Shown piece after piece: positions 1 through 9,916 of a stretch of DNA of 64,000 bases. The translations under genes and the position numbers were made by a program. The stretch spans positions 103,419 through 167,418 of the forward strand of contig JBAXTD010000001.1 in NCBI GenBank assembly GCA_037130335.1, written 5' to 3'. How positions within the stretch are numbered: the first letter of the stretch is position 1; each line of letters begins with the position of its first letter. Under the pieces are notes generated by a model that saw nothing but the letters and a program-made list of their open reading frames with translations, did not search any database and was not told the DNA's origin. Source of the DNA: a bacterium. GTDB lineage: Bacteria; Patescibacteriota; Minisyncoccia; Phycocordibacterales; UBA9973.

Positions 1-1
1 C

Positions 2-1675
2 GTCAATCAAACATTTTCGTTGCTTGATCCGTATATCTTTCGTCATGTGATTGATGAATACGCTAGTAAACCAGACATGTATACTCGAGTAGAGTTTTTT
101 CATGGTATCGGTATACTTCTCCTTGCCATTATCGGTGTTGCGCTTGTATCTCGTACTGCCAAAAATTTTCAAGATTATTTTTTAAACGGTGTGAGTCAAC
201 GTGTGGGTGCAGATATTTATCGTGATGGCGTATCACATTCATTGTCGCTTCCATATGCATCATTCGAAGATGAACGAAGTGGGGAGACGCTTGGTAAATT
301 GCAAAAGGTTCGTGAAAATACCGAAAAATTTATTGCAGCATTTGTAAACGTATTGTTTGTGTCGCTTGTCGGATTTATTTTTGTTGCCGTTTATGCAGTT
401 CATATTTTTTGGGGAGTTGCGGTTGCATTCCTTATCACTGTGCCAATTATCGCAGGACTTAGTTTGGTGCTTTCAAAAAAAATAAAAAAGATTCAAAAGG
501 TGATTGTGTCTGAAACGACAATGCTTGCTGGTTCGACCACAGAATCATTGCGCAATATTGAATTAGTAAAAAGTTTAGGTCTTGCTGATCAAGAAATAAA
601 TCGTCTCAACACGACAACAGAAAAAATTCTCAAACTCGAACTCAAAAAACTTCGATATTTGCGAAGTCTCAGTTTTGTGCAAGGTACGGTGATTAATTTT
701 GTTCGTACGTCAATTTTATTTTTCCTTATGTATTTATTGTTTGTAAAGACAATCACATTCGGAGAATTTTTCTCATTGTATATTTATTCGTTTTATATTT
801 TTAATCCACTACAAGAAATTGGTACACTTATTGGCACATATCGTGAGGCAGAGGCATCACTTGCTAACTTTGAACAATTACTACGCCTCTCACCTGAAAT
901 CGCACCCGAGCACCCACAGGCGCTTGGTCCTGTAACCAAACTTTCATTCAAAAATGTTTCATTTACATATGCATCATCAAATGAAAACGCGCTTGATGCA
1001 ATTTCGTACGATATATCACGTGGACAAACCGTTGCGTTCGTTGGACCATCTGGTTCCGGTAAATCATCACTTGTAAAATTATTGGTCGGATTGTATACAC
1101 CGACATCAGGTGAAATTTTGTACAATAATGTTTCTCATAATGAATTAATCAAACAAGAGCTTCGCACGCAGATCGGATTTGTGACCCAAGAGACACAACT
1201 TTTTGCGGGAACAATTCGTGATAATTTGCGATTTGTGTATCCTGATGCGACCGATGAGCAATGTCTCAGCGCTCTCGAAAAGGCACAATGCAAAAATTTG
1301 CTTGTGCGTGGTAAACAAGGACTCGACACAATTATTGGTGAAGGCGGAATGAAATTATCTGGTGGAGAAAAACAACGTCTCTCAATTGCACGATCACTTT
1401 TGCGTGAGCCAAATATTTTGGTATTTGATGAGGCGACAAGCTCACTCGATTCATTGACCGAAGAAGAGATAACCAAAACAATTCGTGATGTAACGCATGT
1501 GAGTTCACATATTACAATTCTCATTGCACATCGACTCTCGACGATTATGCACGCAGACACGATTCATGTATTAGAAAAAGGTAAAATTACAGAATCAGGA
1601 AAACATCAAGAGTTGCTCGACAAAAAAGGTTTGTATTTTGCCATGTGGCGTCAACAGATAGGCGAGCGCATGTAG
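2..1675 (+). CDS. ABC exporter, fused permease and ATPase (MsbA-like). Partial: the 5' end runs off the window.
   Basis: The frame is open from the window edge. Six TM helices are followed by an NBD with Walker A GPSGSGKSS, signature LSGGEKQRLSIAR and Walker B ILVFDEATS. Confidence 0.85.
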   Translation, partial: VNQTFSLLDPYIFRHVIDEYASKPDMYTRVEFFHGIGILLLAIIGVALVSRTAKNFQDYFLNGVSQRVGADIYRDGVSHSLSLPYASFEDERSGETLGKLQKVRENTEKFIAAFVNVLFVSLVGFIFVAVYAVHIFWGVAVAFLITVPIIAGLSLVLSKKIKKIQKVIVSETTMLAGSTTESLRNIELVKSLGLADQEINRLNTTTEKILKLELKKLRYLRSLSFVQGTVINFVRTSILFFLMYLLFVKTITFGEFFSLYIYSFYIFNPLQEIGTLIGTYREAEASLANFEQLLRLSPEIAPEHPQALGPVTKLSFKNVSFTYASSNENALDAISYDISRGQTVAFVGPSGSGKSSLVKLLVGLYTPTSGEILYNNVSHNELIKQELRTQIGFVTQETQLFAGTIRDNLRFVYPDATDEQCLSALEKAQCKNLLVRGKQGLDTIIGEGGMKLSGGEKQRLSIARSLLREPNILVFDEATSSLDSLTEEEITKTIRDVTHVSSHITILIAHRLSTIMHADTIHVLEKGKITESGKHQELLDKKGLYFAMWRQQIGERM

Positions 1676-1726
1676 TATCGCATCCTTGAATAAAAAATAT
1701 TTTCCTATATATTACATATACTAATT

Positions 1727-2581
1727 ATGAACAATCACTACGTACTATTATTTTATAAATTTATTACTATAGCTGACCCGAAAGCAGTAGCAGATGAAGA
1801 GCGTGCAATCTGTACAGAACTTGGCCTTATGGGTCGTGTGATTATTGCGCATGAGGGAATTAATGCCACACTTGAAGGCGTACGAGAGCAAGTGGATGCA
1901 TACAAAGAGTTTCTAAAAAATGATTCATATTTTTTTGATATTCTGGTCAAAGAAAGTCCAAGTAACGGTAAATCGTTTCATCGATTATCCGTCAAAGTTC
2001 GTCCAGAAATTGTCACACTCGGTGCGGGTAGCTTTGATGTTAAAAATGAAACAGCAACAGAATTACCTGCGAGTGAGCTACAAAAATGGTATGAAAATAA
2101 TGAAGATTTTGTGGTACTTGATTTGCGTAATGAATATGAAATCATAAGTGGAAAATTCGAAAAAACAATTGATCCAAAGCTCGCAAACTTTCGCGATTTG
2201 CCAGCAAAAATTTCTGAAATGGGTGATTTAAAAAACAAAAAAGTTGTTACGGTTTGTACTGGTGGTATTCGTTGCGAAAAGGCGACATGTCTTTTGAAAA
2301 AAGAAGGTTTCTCTGATGTGTATCAACTCAAAGATGGAATTCATACATATATGCAACAGTATCCGGGTGAACATTTCAAGGGTACACTTTTTGTATTTGA
2401 TGATCGTATGACGACCGACGTAGTGCCGATTCCAAACAAAGAAATAATTGGTACATGTACGTTTTGTAATACGGCAACTGAAGCATACTGTTCCGATGAT
2501 AGTGTACGCCCTTCGCGCAAGATTTTGTGTTGCGGTGATTGTTTTGCGAAAGAATCACACCATCTACGCTCAAGTTGTTAA
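1727..2581 (+). CDS. trhO: Rhodanese-domain tRNA U34 hydroxylase (TrhO/YceA, UPF0176 family).
   Basis: N-terminus is MNNHYVLLFYKF...IAHEGINATLEG. The rhodanese active-site loop is CTGGIRCEKA. A Cys-rich C-terminal tail is present. Confidence 0.7.
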   Translation: MNNHYVLLFYKFITIADPKAVADEERAICTELGLMGRVIIAHEGINATLEGVREQVDAYKEFLKNDSYFFDILVKESPSNGKSFHRLSVKVRPEIVTLGAGSFDVKNETATELPASELQKWYENNEDFVVLDLRNEYEIISGKFEKTIDPKLANFRDLPAKISEMGDLKNKKVVTVCTGGIRCEKATCLLKKEGFSDVYQLKDGIHTYMQQYPGEHFKGTLFVFDDRMTTDVVPIPNKEIIGTCTFCNTATEAYCSDDSVRPSRKILCCGDCFAKESHHLRSSC

Positions 2582-2662
2582 ATAGTCGAGATACGCTCTT
2601 TGAAGAGTATCCAGACGTTTACGGTTCATAAAAGGTTGAAAAATAAGGGTCAAATACGCTAT

Positions 2663-2690
2663 TGACTTTTATTTTTATACGTGATACAAT
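2663..2690 (+). promoter_or_regulatory. Sigma70-like promoter, TTGACT-16-TACAAT.
   Basis: Near-consensus -35 and -10 hexamers sit about 60 bp upstream of the ATG at 2751. Confidence 0.6.
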
Positions 2691-2750
2691 ATGAATGATA
2701 TAAAAACGTCCATGTATGTGGATGATCGTTCATTTTAAAACTAAAGCCGT

Positions 2751-3128
2751 ATGGCAAAGAAACAAAAAATGCCTGCATTCGAAATGAGTATTATTGGTGG
2801 TCCTGGATACAAAGACTATCAAAATCTCAAAAAAGAATTTTTTCTTACTGTTCGTTATTTCGAGAACAGTAAAAAAATTGAGCAAAAAATTAAAGCTCGA
2901 TTTGTATGGTTTTCTTGGCACGATAGTAATCGAACTCTGGTTGCCGAAAATCTACAAGAAAAAAATTTATTTCTTTGTGGGGAAATTGAAATCCTGCAAG
3001 AAGAAACAAGTGTTGTATTACGTAGATCTGTAGAATTCTACAGTCTAAAAAAAAGAACCGGTGAGGTTTTTGAGGAGGGTGCAACTCTCCAAATTAAACC
3101 AACAAGAAATTTTGATACTAAAAAATAA
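2751..3128 (+). CDS. Hypothetical protein (125 aa).
   Basis: ORF with a strong upstream promoter and a downstream hairpin terminator. No recognisable domain. Confidence 0.5.
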   Translation: MAKKQKMPAFEMSIIGGPGYKDYQNLKKEFFLTVRYFENSKKIEQKIKARFVWFSWHDSNRTLVAENLQEKNLFLCGEIEILQEETSVVLRRSVEFYSLKKRTGEVFEEGATLQIKPTRNFDTKK

Positions 3129-3148
3129 TTGGTATCACACAAATAATA

Positions 3149-3186
3149 ACCAGCTATTACATGTATATGTATAGCTGGTTTTTTTA
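3149..3186. terminator. Bidirectional rho-independent terminator.
   Basis: Hairpin accagctat...atagctggt followed by a T7 run, between convergent genes. Confidence 0.7.
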
Positions 3187-4674
3187 TTCCACGTGCACTT
3201 TGATATCAGTACGTTCGTTTTTGAGTTTGAGAAACAGTGTTGCGAATGCACCGACAAAGATGATGACTGCGGCGATGAGGAATACATAATCGTATGCATC
3301 AATTTGTGCCTTGAGTTCTACGAGTCCGATATATTTTTGCATCACGATGGGTGAGTGACTATTTAGTTTACTGAAACTATTTATTGAAAATATATTATTT
3401 TTCACACGATCGTTTAGAATTGTTGCAAAGATTGCAATTCCAAATGCTCCGGCAACGTTGCGTACGAGTGCGAGGATTGATGATGCAACTCCGATTTCAC
3501 TTTGAGGAACTACAGATGCAATGATGTTTGTACGTTGTGCCATTCCAAATCCAAGTCCGAATGCCATGATTGAAAGAGGAATCATAATGTCGAGCGCTGT
3601 TGATTTGGGTTCGAGGTAAGAAAAGAAAAATATTCCAATTGATGCGACGATTGTACTCCAAAAAATAACGTACCGTGATTGAACTTTACCTGTGAGTGCT
3701 CCACCAATCGGTGCACCAATCATCATTGCGACCGCCATTGGCATAAACAAATATCCTGATTGTGTGGCATTGTATCCGAGAAATGTTTGAGCAAAAACTG
3801 GAATGAGAAAGATACCTCCCATAAGTCCCATAAATACAACAAAGTTATTTGCGAGCGCATTGAGAAATGCTGGAATTTTGAAAAATTTCAAATCCACGAT
3901 TGGTTCTGGAACTTTGTTTTCGATTTTTATAAATAGAATAAATGTTACAACGATAAAGAAATAACAAATTAAACTTGGTGATGAGAGCCAACCCCAATCT
4001 GTTCCTTGATCAAGTACGAGCACGACAGCAGAAAGCATTCCGCCTAATGTAAATGCGCCCCACCAATCAAAAAATTTTGTTTTTATTTCTGAACGAGATT
4101 CGTTGATAAATTGTATTGCCATGTAAATTCCAATAAGTCCGATTGGTAGATTAATGAGAAATACTGACCGCCAGCCGAAATTATCAATGAGTGGTCCACC
4201 GAGAAGTGGTCCAAATACTGTTGCTGCGGCAAATGATGAAGACCAGATACCAAGTGCTTGCGCGCGTTCTTTACCTTCGCGAAATGTGATTGCGAGAATT
4301 GCCATTGCGGTAGGGTAATCAGCCGATCCAGCTATTGCTTGAATTACACGAAAGACAATCATTGATTGGAGGTTCCATGCAAATCCGGCGAGGACTGATC
4401 CGACGATAAAAATCGAAAATCCAATGATGTAAACTTTTTTGCGTCCGATTGTGTCACCAAGTTTGCCCCAAATCGGCACAAAGACTGCATTGGCGAGAAT
4501 GTATGCAGTTGCAATCCATCCCGCAGCAGAAACACTGATACCAAAATCATTGATAATTTTGGGCAGTGCGAGATTGACGATGGTTTGATCGAGTCTACCT
4601 AGAAATGTTCCGACAATGACGGTGAGTAAAATCCACCAACGTAGATTATTTTTTTTAGATGGAATTGTTTCCAT
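3184..4674 (-). CDS. MFS drug efflux transporter, DHA2 (EmrB/QacA-like), 14 TMS.
   Basis: 496 aa polytopic protein. MFS motifs GRLDQTIVNLALP and WGKLGDTIGRKK. Confidence 0.8.
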   Translation of the reverse strand: METIPSKKNNLRWWILLTVIVGTFLGRLDQTIVNLALPKIINDFGISVSAAGWIATAYILANAVFVPIWGKLGDTIGRKKVYIIGFSIFIVGSVLAGFAWNLQSMIVFRVIQAIAGSADYPTAMAILAITFREGKERAQALGIWSSSFAAATVFGPLLGGPLIDNFGWRSVFLINLPIGLIGIYMAIQFINESRSEIKTKFFDWWGAFTLGGMLSAVVLVLDQGTDWGWLSSPSLICYFFIVVTFILFIKIENKVPEPIVDLKFFKIPAFLNALANNFVVFMGLMGGIFLIPVFAQTFLGYNATQSGYLFMPMAVAMMIGAPIGGALTGKVQSRYVIFWSTIVASIGIFFFSYLEPKSTALDIMIPLSIMAFGLGFGMAQRTNIIASVVPQSEIGVASSILALVRNVAGAFGIAIFATILNDRVKNNIFSINSFSKLNSHSPIVMQKYIGLVELKAQIDAYDYVFLIAAVIIFVGAFATLFLKLKNERTDIKVHVE

Positions 4675-4679
4675 AAAAA

Positions 4680-5321
4680 TTATTTTGTATATACCGTAAT
4701 TTTTGCAGACATTCCGTTTTTGAGTTCAGGATAGTCGGCGACGTTGAAACGAACTTTGATATCAAATTTTTTTGTTGGACGTTTGTCAGAAATTGAAAAC
4801 AAAACTCCTGTGTCGTCTGATGTTGAACTGATACTGTCGACAATTCCAACATATGTTTTACTGCCAAAGGTATCAACAGTGAATGTTGCTTTTTGCCCAA
4901 CGTGTATATTTTCTAATCCTTTGTTTTCGTCGATTGTTCCCATGACACGCATGTCTTCTGTGTGAATCATTGAAACAATCGGTTCGCCTGGTGTAAAGTA
5001 TTCTCCGATATTATTTTTGATCGTCAAAATAAGTCCACTTTGTTTGGAAGTTACGATATCTGTCCCTGTGAGCGCGACTGGTGTGTTTGCTTGGATTGAT
5101 TGACCTTCAGTTACATAGAGAGCGTTGAGTGTTCCTGGTGTGTTTGAAGAGAGATTAATGACAGGTGCACTTAGGTATGAATTTTCAATAAAAATTGTAT
5201 TTTTGTTTGATTGCCAAAAAATAAATCCAATAAGCATTGCTATTACGCCAACTATTCCAATGATACTTTGTACATTTGGTTTCTGTAAAATATTTTGTTT
5301 TTTTGTAGTTTGTTCTTCCAT
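4680..5321 (-). CDS. HlyD/EmrA-family membrane fusion protein (short form).
   Basis: N-terminal TM anchor, a lipoyl-like segment and a beta-barrel segment. Lies directly upstream of the MFS pump. Confidence 0.6.
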   Translation of the reverse strand: MEEQTTKKQNILQKPNVQSIIGIVGVIAMLIGFIFWQSNKNTIFIENSYLSAPVINLSSNTPGTLNALYVTEGQSIQANTPVALTGTDIVTSKQSGLILTIKNNIGEYFTPGEPIVSMIHTEDMRVMGTIDENKGLENIHVGQKATFTVDTFGSKTYVGIVDSISSTSDDTGVLFSISDKRPTKKFDIKVRFNVADYPELKNGMSAKITVYTK

Positions 5322-5342
5322 ATATGTATATATTAATTATGT

Positions 5343-6446
5343 TTAATGAGATGAGATTAATTCAATAACTGGTGTATTTGGTGTTGCGATTTGTCCAGCA
5401 GTGATTGAAACATTTGCGATTGTTCCGTCGACAGGGGCAGTTATAACTGTGTTGTTGTAATTACCTTGTGCAATTTGAAGTGCACCTTTTGTGCTTTCAA
5501 CTTGGGCTTGTGCAATTTGTAAATCTTCGGATCGTGTACCAGCAACTTTTTGATTTAGGTTTGCTTGTGCAGTATCAACTGTGCCTTGTGCAGTAGCGAT
5601 TGTTTGAGCTTGTGTTTGTAATGCTGATTGATATGCATTGTATGACGCGAGATATGTAGATGACTGTGTGTTTGGAATCGTAATTGTCCATATTGAATTC
5701 GAGCCTAAATTAAAATTTTGTGGAAATTGTATATAGAGACCTCGTGTACCGAGTGGAATCGCGACTGTGCCGACCGTTGCTTTGCCTGTTTCTAATCCTG
5801 TGTATGTGAAATAGTATCCACTTTGTGTTGGATATACCGTGATTGTATATGTTCCTTCCTCGTTGTTTGCGTACGTTCCAGAAATCGTGGGCGATGATGG
5901 AATTACTACGTTTGTCATGGTAGGTAATGCAGTAAGTCCACTGTTGTGTAGATTTGAAAGTGCATTTGTGACCAATACTTTTTGGGATGATACTGTATTG
6001 TCGTAATTATTTTTTGCGTTTGTGAGTGCTACTTGTGCAATTTGAATGTCTGTTTCAGTTGACCCTGCAATTAATTTTGCATAATTGTTTTGTGCAGCAA
6101 GATATGCACCGTTTGCTTGACTGACTGCGCCGAGTGCGTTTTGACTATCGAGACTTGCGAGGGTTTGTCCTGCTTTGACTTTATCTCCAATTTTTACAGA
6201 TACACTTTGAATTCTGCCACCGACTGGAAACGCAAGTGTGAGATCTTGTCCGGAAGTTATAGTCGTTGCAGAAGTTGTATTATTTGAAATATGTGCAAAC
6301 ATCGCTGTGCGATGTTTGTTTTGTATTACCAAAAACAATGCGCCTATAAGTATAGCAATAGCGAGAGTTACGCCGATTGCTTTTTTGGGTTTAGAAAGTA
6401 TACGTGCACATGTATTTTTAAATTTTTGCATACCTCTTATTAACAC
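5343..6446 (-). CDS. HlyD-family periplasmic adaptor (TM, lipoyl half-domains and a long coiled coil).
   Basis: TM anchor, then VKIGDKVKAGQTLASLD (N lipoyl) and APVDGTIANVSITAGQIA (C lipoyl), separated by a Gln/Ala-rich coiled coil. Confidence 0.6.
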   Translation of the reverse strand: MLIRGMQKFKNTCARILSKPKKAIGVTLAIAILIGALFLVIQNKHRTAMFAHISNNTTSATTITSGQDLTLAFPVGGRIQSVSVKIGDKVKAGQTLASLDSQNALGAVSQANGAYLAAQNNYAKLIAGSTETDIQIAQVALTNAKNNYDNTVSSQKVLVTNALSNLHNSGLTALPTMTNVVIPSSPTISGTYANNEEGTYTITVYPTQSGYYFTYTGLETGKATVGTVAIPLGTRGLYIQFPQNFNLGSNSIWTITIPNTQSSTYLASYNAYQSALQTQAQTIATAQGTVDTAQANLNQKVAGTRSEDLQIAQAQVESTKGALQIAQGNYNNTVITAPVDGTIANVSITAGQIATPNTPVIELISSH

Positions 6447-6585
6447 ATTTTTTGCAAAAAAGCAAGGTTTTGATTTTGTATTTTTGGACCCAAAAGTTTG
6501 AATTTATGGTATAGTGCGCCTGTATTACTAGTGTCTATATTGGGCATATCGTTTTGTCGTGATTTATTAATTATCTTTATTACAT

Positions 6586-7983
6586 ATGAAAAATATATTC
6601 TCAAAAATTATCTTCAGTGCTATGGTTCTCGTCACATCGTTTGTTTTTTCGGTGCATGTACACGCATACGTTACACCAACACTTTCTGTGTATGGTACAA
6701 GTGATGGAGATTCTGTGCAGGTCAATGCGTATGCCGATCCAAACGTAAGTATCACATTGTATTATCTCAAATCAGGTGCAGGTCAGCAGATTATTTCTCT
6801 CGGTAATACAAACTCAAGTGGTTTTCTTTCTACTACGGTAAGTAGTTCGCAATATGGTGTGATGTCAAATAGTCCAGTTCATATCACAGCAAACGGTATA
6901 AACGGAATATCATCATCGGTTGTAAATTGGCCGATTGTTACAACAAACATCACTAATGGAAATCTTTTGAGCCAGACAAGTGTGACAGTTTCTGTGGGGC
7001 AATCAGCAACAATAAATACAATCAACAATGTTGGTTCATTGTCTGTTTCAAGTAACTCAAATTCAAATGTCGCAAGTGTATATACAAATGGTAGTACAGT
7101 GACTGTCACTGGTAGTATGGTTGGTTCAACTACAATCAATATTTGTAATGCGTATTATAATCTCGTACCAAATTGTCAGAATTTATACGTTACTGTGCAA
7201 AATAGTAACAGTGGAAATCAAATAACATTTAGTCAAACAAATCCAACAATTTCTGTCGGACAAAATGTAAATATTTTTTTGTACGGAGGTTCTTCAAATT
7301 ATTACAGTATTTCTTCTAATTCAAATATAAATATTGTACAAGCAAGTATTTCTGGAAATAGTTTGAATGTGTACGGATTGTCATACGGTTCTTCTGTTAT
7401 AAATGTGTGTTCTTCAAATGGATATAGTTGTGGTCAAATTACAATAATGGTTTCTGGAAATAATCAGCCTGTATACAACACGAGCACAACTTTTTTGAAT
7501 GTAACACAATCAAAAATAAATATACTTACTGGTCAAAATACAACACTCTCTGTTTCTGGAGGTTCAGGTAGTGGATACAATATGGCATATATTTCTGGCT
7601 CCGGAATTATTTCTGGAGGCATAGCAGGAAATATCGTTACCGTCAGAGGAATTAGAAATGGATATGCCGTTATGGTTATTTGTGACTCGCTTAGTAATTG
7701 TGTTCCTGTTTCTGTTGTTGTCGGAAATACAATAAACCCATTAGGTAATCAATATCGATTTACTCAATATCTTTCGTTTGGTTCAACAGGAGCAGAAGTT
7801 GTTGCCTTACAACAAAGACTTACACAAGAGGGTGTATATAGTGGCCCAATCATTGGTGTTTTTGGTCCAATGACACAAGCGTCTGTGCAGCGATATCAAA
7901 GTGCGCATGGAATTCCAGTAACGGGTGTACTCGATAGTCTCACTCAAAACATGTTGAATGCTCAATTAAACATCGTATATTAA
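6586..7983 (+). CDS. Secreted repeat protein with a C-terminal peptidoglycan-binding domain (PG_binding_1).
   Basis: Signal peptide, Ser/Thr/Asn-rich repeated beta modules. C-terminus is GSTGAEVVALQQRLTQEGVY...SVQRYQSAHGIPVTGVLD. Confidence 0.65.
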   Translation: MKNIFSKIIFSAMVLVTSFVFSVHVHAYVTPTLSVYGTSDGDSVQVNAYADPNVSITLYYLKSGAGQQIISLGNTNSSGFLSTTVSSSQYGVMSNSPVHITANGINGISSSVVNWPIVTTNITNGNLLSQTSVTVSVGQSATINTINNVGSLSVSSNSNSNVASVYTNGSTVTVTGSMVGSTTINICNAYYNLVPNCQNLYVTVQNSNSGNQITFSQTNPTISVGQNVNIFLYGGSSNYYSISSNSNINIVQASISGNSLNVYGLSYGSSVINVCSSNGYSCGQITIMVSGNNQPVYNTSTTFLNVTQSKINILTGQNTTLSVSGGSGSGYNMAYISGSGIISGGIAGNIVTVRGIRNGYAVMVICDSLSNCVPVSVVVGNTINPLGNQYRFTQYLSFGSTGAEVVALQQRLTQEGVYSGPIIGVFGPMTQASVQRYQSAHGIPVTGVLDSLTQNMLNAQLNIVY

Positions 7984-8013
7984 TTTTTTATTTCTCTCTG
8001 ATATACTGTGTGT

Positions 8014-8394
8014 ATGAAATCAATTACAAAAACTCTTCTCGAAATAGAAGACCGTGCGCGATTACATTTTGAAAAAACTCCTTTTTTGCAAGCATTGCTT
8101 GCAGGTATTGGTGTGATTATTTTTTGGCGTGGAATTTGGGAATGGCTCGATGTGCAAAAAATTTCTCCAGTTGTCTCAGTGATGATTGGAAGTTTGATAC
8201 TTCTTTCTGTTGGAGTTTTTGTACAAACGTTTATTGGAAATACGATTATTATCAAAAACGTAAAACAAGAAGAACAGCTCGAGAAAAAAGCTATCAAAGA
8301 AATGGAGAGTGAAGTTGATACCGAAGAAGTAACACTTGCGAGTTTGTCTGCAAAGCTTGATTCGCTTTTGCAAAAGATTGACGATAAAAAATAA
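8014..8394 (+). CDS. Small membrane protein with a coiled-coil tail.
   Basis: Two TM helices followed by an acidic coiled-coil C-terminus. Confidence 0.4.
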   Translation: MKSITKTLLEIEDRARLHFEKTPFLQALLAGIGVIIFWRGIWEWLDVQKISPVVSVMIGSLILLSVGVFVQTFIGNTIIIKNVKQEEQLEKKAIKEMESEVDTEEVTLASLSAKLDSLLQKIDDKK

Positions 8395-9183
8395 ATGCAA
8401 AAAAAAAGAGATTCTAAAAAACAAAATATTCAAAAGACGCCACAGAATTCATGGGGTGGTGTAGCAGATTGGTACGATGAATATCTAGAGACAAACAAAG
8501 ATAGCTATCAAGAAAAAGTTATCGCGCCAAACTTGCTTCGAATTTTGGACATAAAAAAAGGAATGAGAATTGCCGATGTTGCATGTGGGCAAGGATTCTT
8601 TGCTCGCAAATTCAAAACCGAGGGTGCCCATGTGATTGGTTCTGATATTTCTTTCGAGCTTGTTGCTTCTGCCAAAAAACATTCAAATGATATTGAGTAT
8701 GTCGTTTCGCCTGCACACAAACTTCCGTTTCTAAAAGATGAATCAATTGATGTGGTGACAATCGTGCTCGCAATTCAAAATATCAAAGAAATGGATTTAG
8801 TTTTTAAAGAAGTATATCGTGTGCTTGCAAAAGGTGGACGATTAATTTTAGTCCTCAATCATCCAGCATTTCGAATTCCGAAACGTTCAAGTTGGGAGTT
8901 TGATGAAAAAAATAACAAACAATATCGTCGAATAGATGGATATTTAACCGAAAATAAAAATGTGATCGTCATGCATCCTGGACAAACGGGAAGTGAAGAA
9001 ACGATTTCGTATCATCGCAGTCTACAGGATTTTTTCAAAACATTTTATAAAACAAATTTTGCTGTGACGCGACTTGAAGAATGGATTTCTCACAAAAAAA
9101 GTGAACGTGGTCTGCGACAAATCGCCGAGGATACAGCACGCAAAGAAATTCCAATGTTTATGATGATAGAGGCAAAAAAATAA
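8395..9183 (+). CDS. Class I SAM-dependent methyltransferase.
   Basis: Motif I is DVACGQGFFARKF. A LAKGGRLIL motif matches the Methyltransf_11-like fold. Confidence 0.65.
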   Translation: MQKKRDSKKQNIQKTPQNSWGGVADWYDEYLETNKDSYQEKVIAPNLLRILDIKKGMRIADVACGQGFFARKFKTEGAHVIGSDISFELVASAKKHSNDIEYVVSPAHKLPFLKDESIDVVTIVLAIQNIKEMDLVFKEVYRVLAKGGRLILVLNHPAFRIPKRSSWEFDEKNNKQYRRIDGYLTENKNVIVMHPGQTGSEETISYHRSLQDFFKTFYKTNFAVTRLEEWISHKKSERGLRQIAEDTARKEIPMFMMIEAKK

Positions 9184-9209
9184 AACCCTTAACGGGGTTT
9201 TATTTTTTG
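9182..9209. terminator. Bidirectional terminator.
   Basis: aaaacccttaacggggtttt hairpin followed by a T-run. Confidence 0.6.
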
Positions 9210-9853
9210 TAAAATTTAAACACCAAACTCTCCGGTAACACTTCCGCTTTGAAATAATGCCCATATTCTGGTGAGCGAACTTTTATTTTATTTAATTCGT
9301 TTATTCTGTTTTGTTCGGCTGTGTCGATTTCAAAAATTATTTCTGGGTGATCGGCTAATTCTCTCATGAGTCGCTCAAATGAATGAATTCCATATATTAT
9401 TAGATCGGTGTAAATAATTATTTGTCCTCCTGGTTTGAGTAATCGAAGTGCTTCTTTGAGTACGGGAAGTCGTTCTCGATAAAACAAATCTATCTCTGAT
9501 TCGTCTCCGGCAAGTGGTCGATCGATGACAACAGTGTTGCCACTTTCAATTTTTATATTGGTACCCGCCTTATTCCATGTTTCGTGAATGGGTGCGGTGA
9601 GAGTGTTGCATATAAATATCTTATCAAACGATGTATCTGGTAGATAAATATTGATTGCGTCTTCGATGAGTAATTTTGGATTCGTTGGATATGGTTCATC
9701 ACTTTGAGCGAGTGCTTTAATATTTGCGCGAGCCTGTAGGAGTCTTTCCTGATCGATATCTATACCGGTATATTCGTCGTCAACGTTCCATGGAATTTGA
9801 TAACGAATGAAATAGGGAATCGAGCCCGTACCGATTTCGAGAATTTTTTGCAT
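9200..9853 (-). CDS. SAM-dependent methyltransferase-like protein.
   Basis: LEIGTGSI glycine-rich loop, acidic GIDID and LKPGG motifs. Confidence 0.5.
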   Translation of the reverse strand: MQKILEIGTGSIPYFIRYQIPWNVDDEYTGIDIDQERLLQARANIKALAQSDEPYPTNPKLLIEDAINIYLPDTSFDKIFICNTLTAPIHETWNKAGTNIKIESGNTVVIDRPLAGDESEIDLFYRERLPVLKEALRLLKPGGQIIIYTDLIIYGIHSFERLMRELADHPEIIFEIDTAEQNRINELNKIKVRSPEYGHYFKAEVLPESLVFKFYKK

Positions 9854-9916
9854 GTTGTATGTATTGTATCAAAACTTTGATTTTGCGTATACGTAATTTG
9901 AAATATTGAGTATTTC

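Noticed and set aside
4359-4965. Numerous 60-150-aa antisense or overlapping ORFs inside confirmed genes (for example 793-1125, 1135-1560, 4359-4550, 4744-4965, 10187-10507, 20452-20970).
   Set aside because: They are embedded in strongly supported genes on the opposite strand or in another frame. They have biased composition and no independent signals.
5343-5346. Possible frameshift fusing the two HlyD-family genes into one.
   Set aside because: The downstream gene has its own N-terminal TM anchor and start context, so two proteins are more parsimonious.
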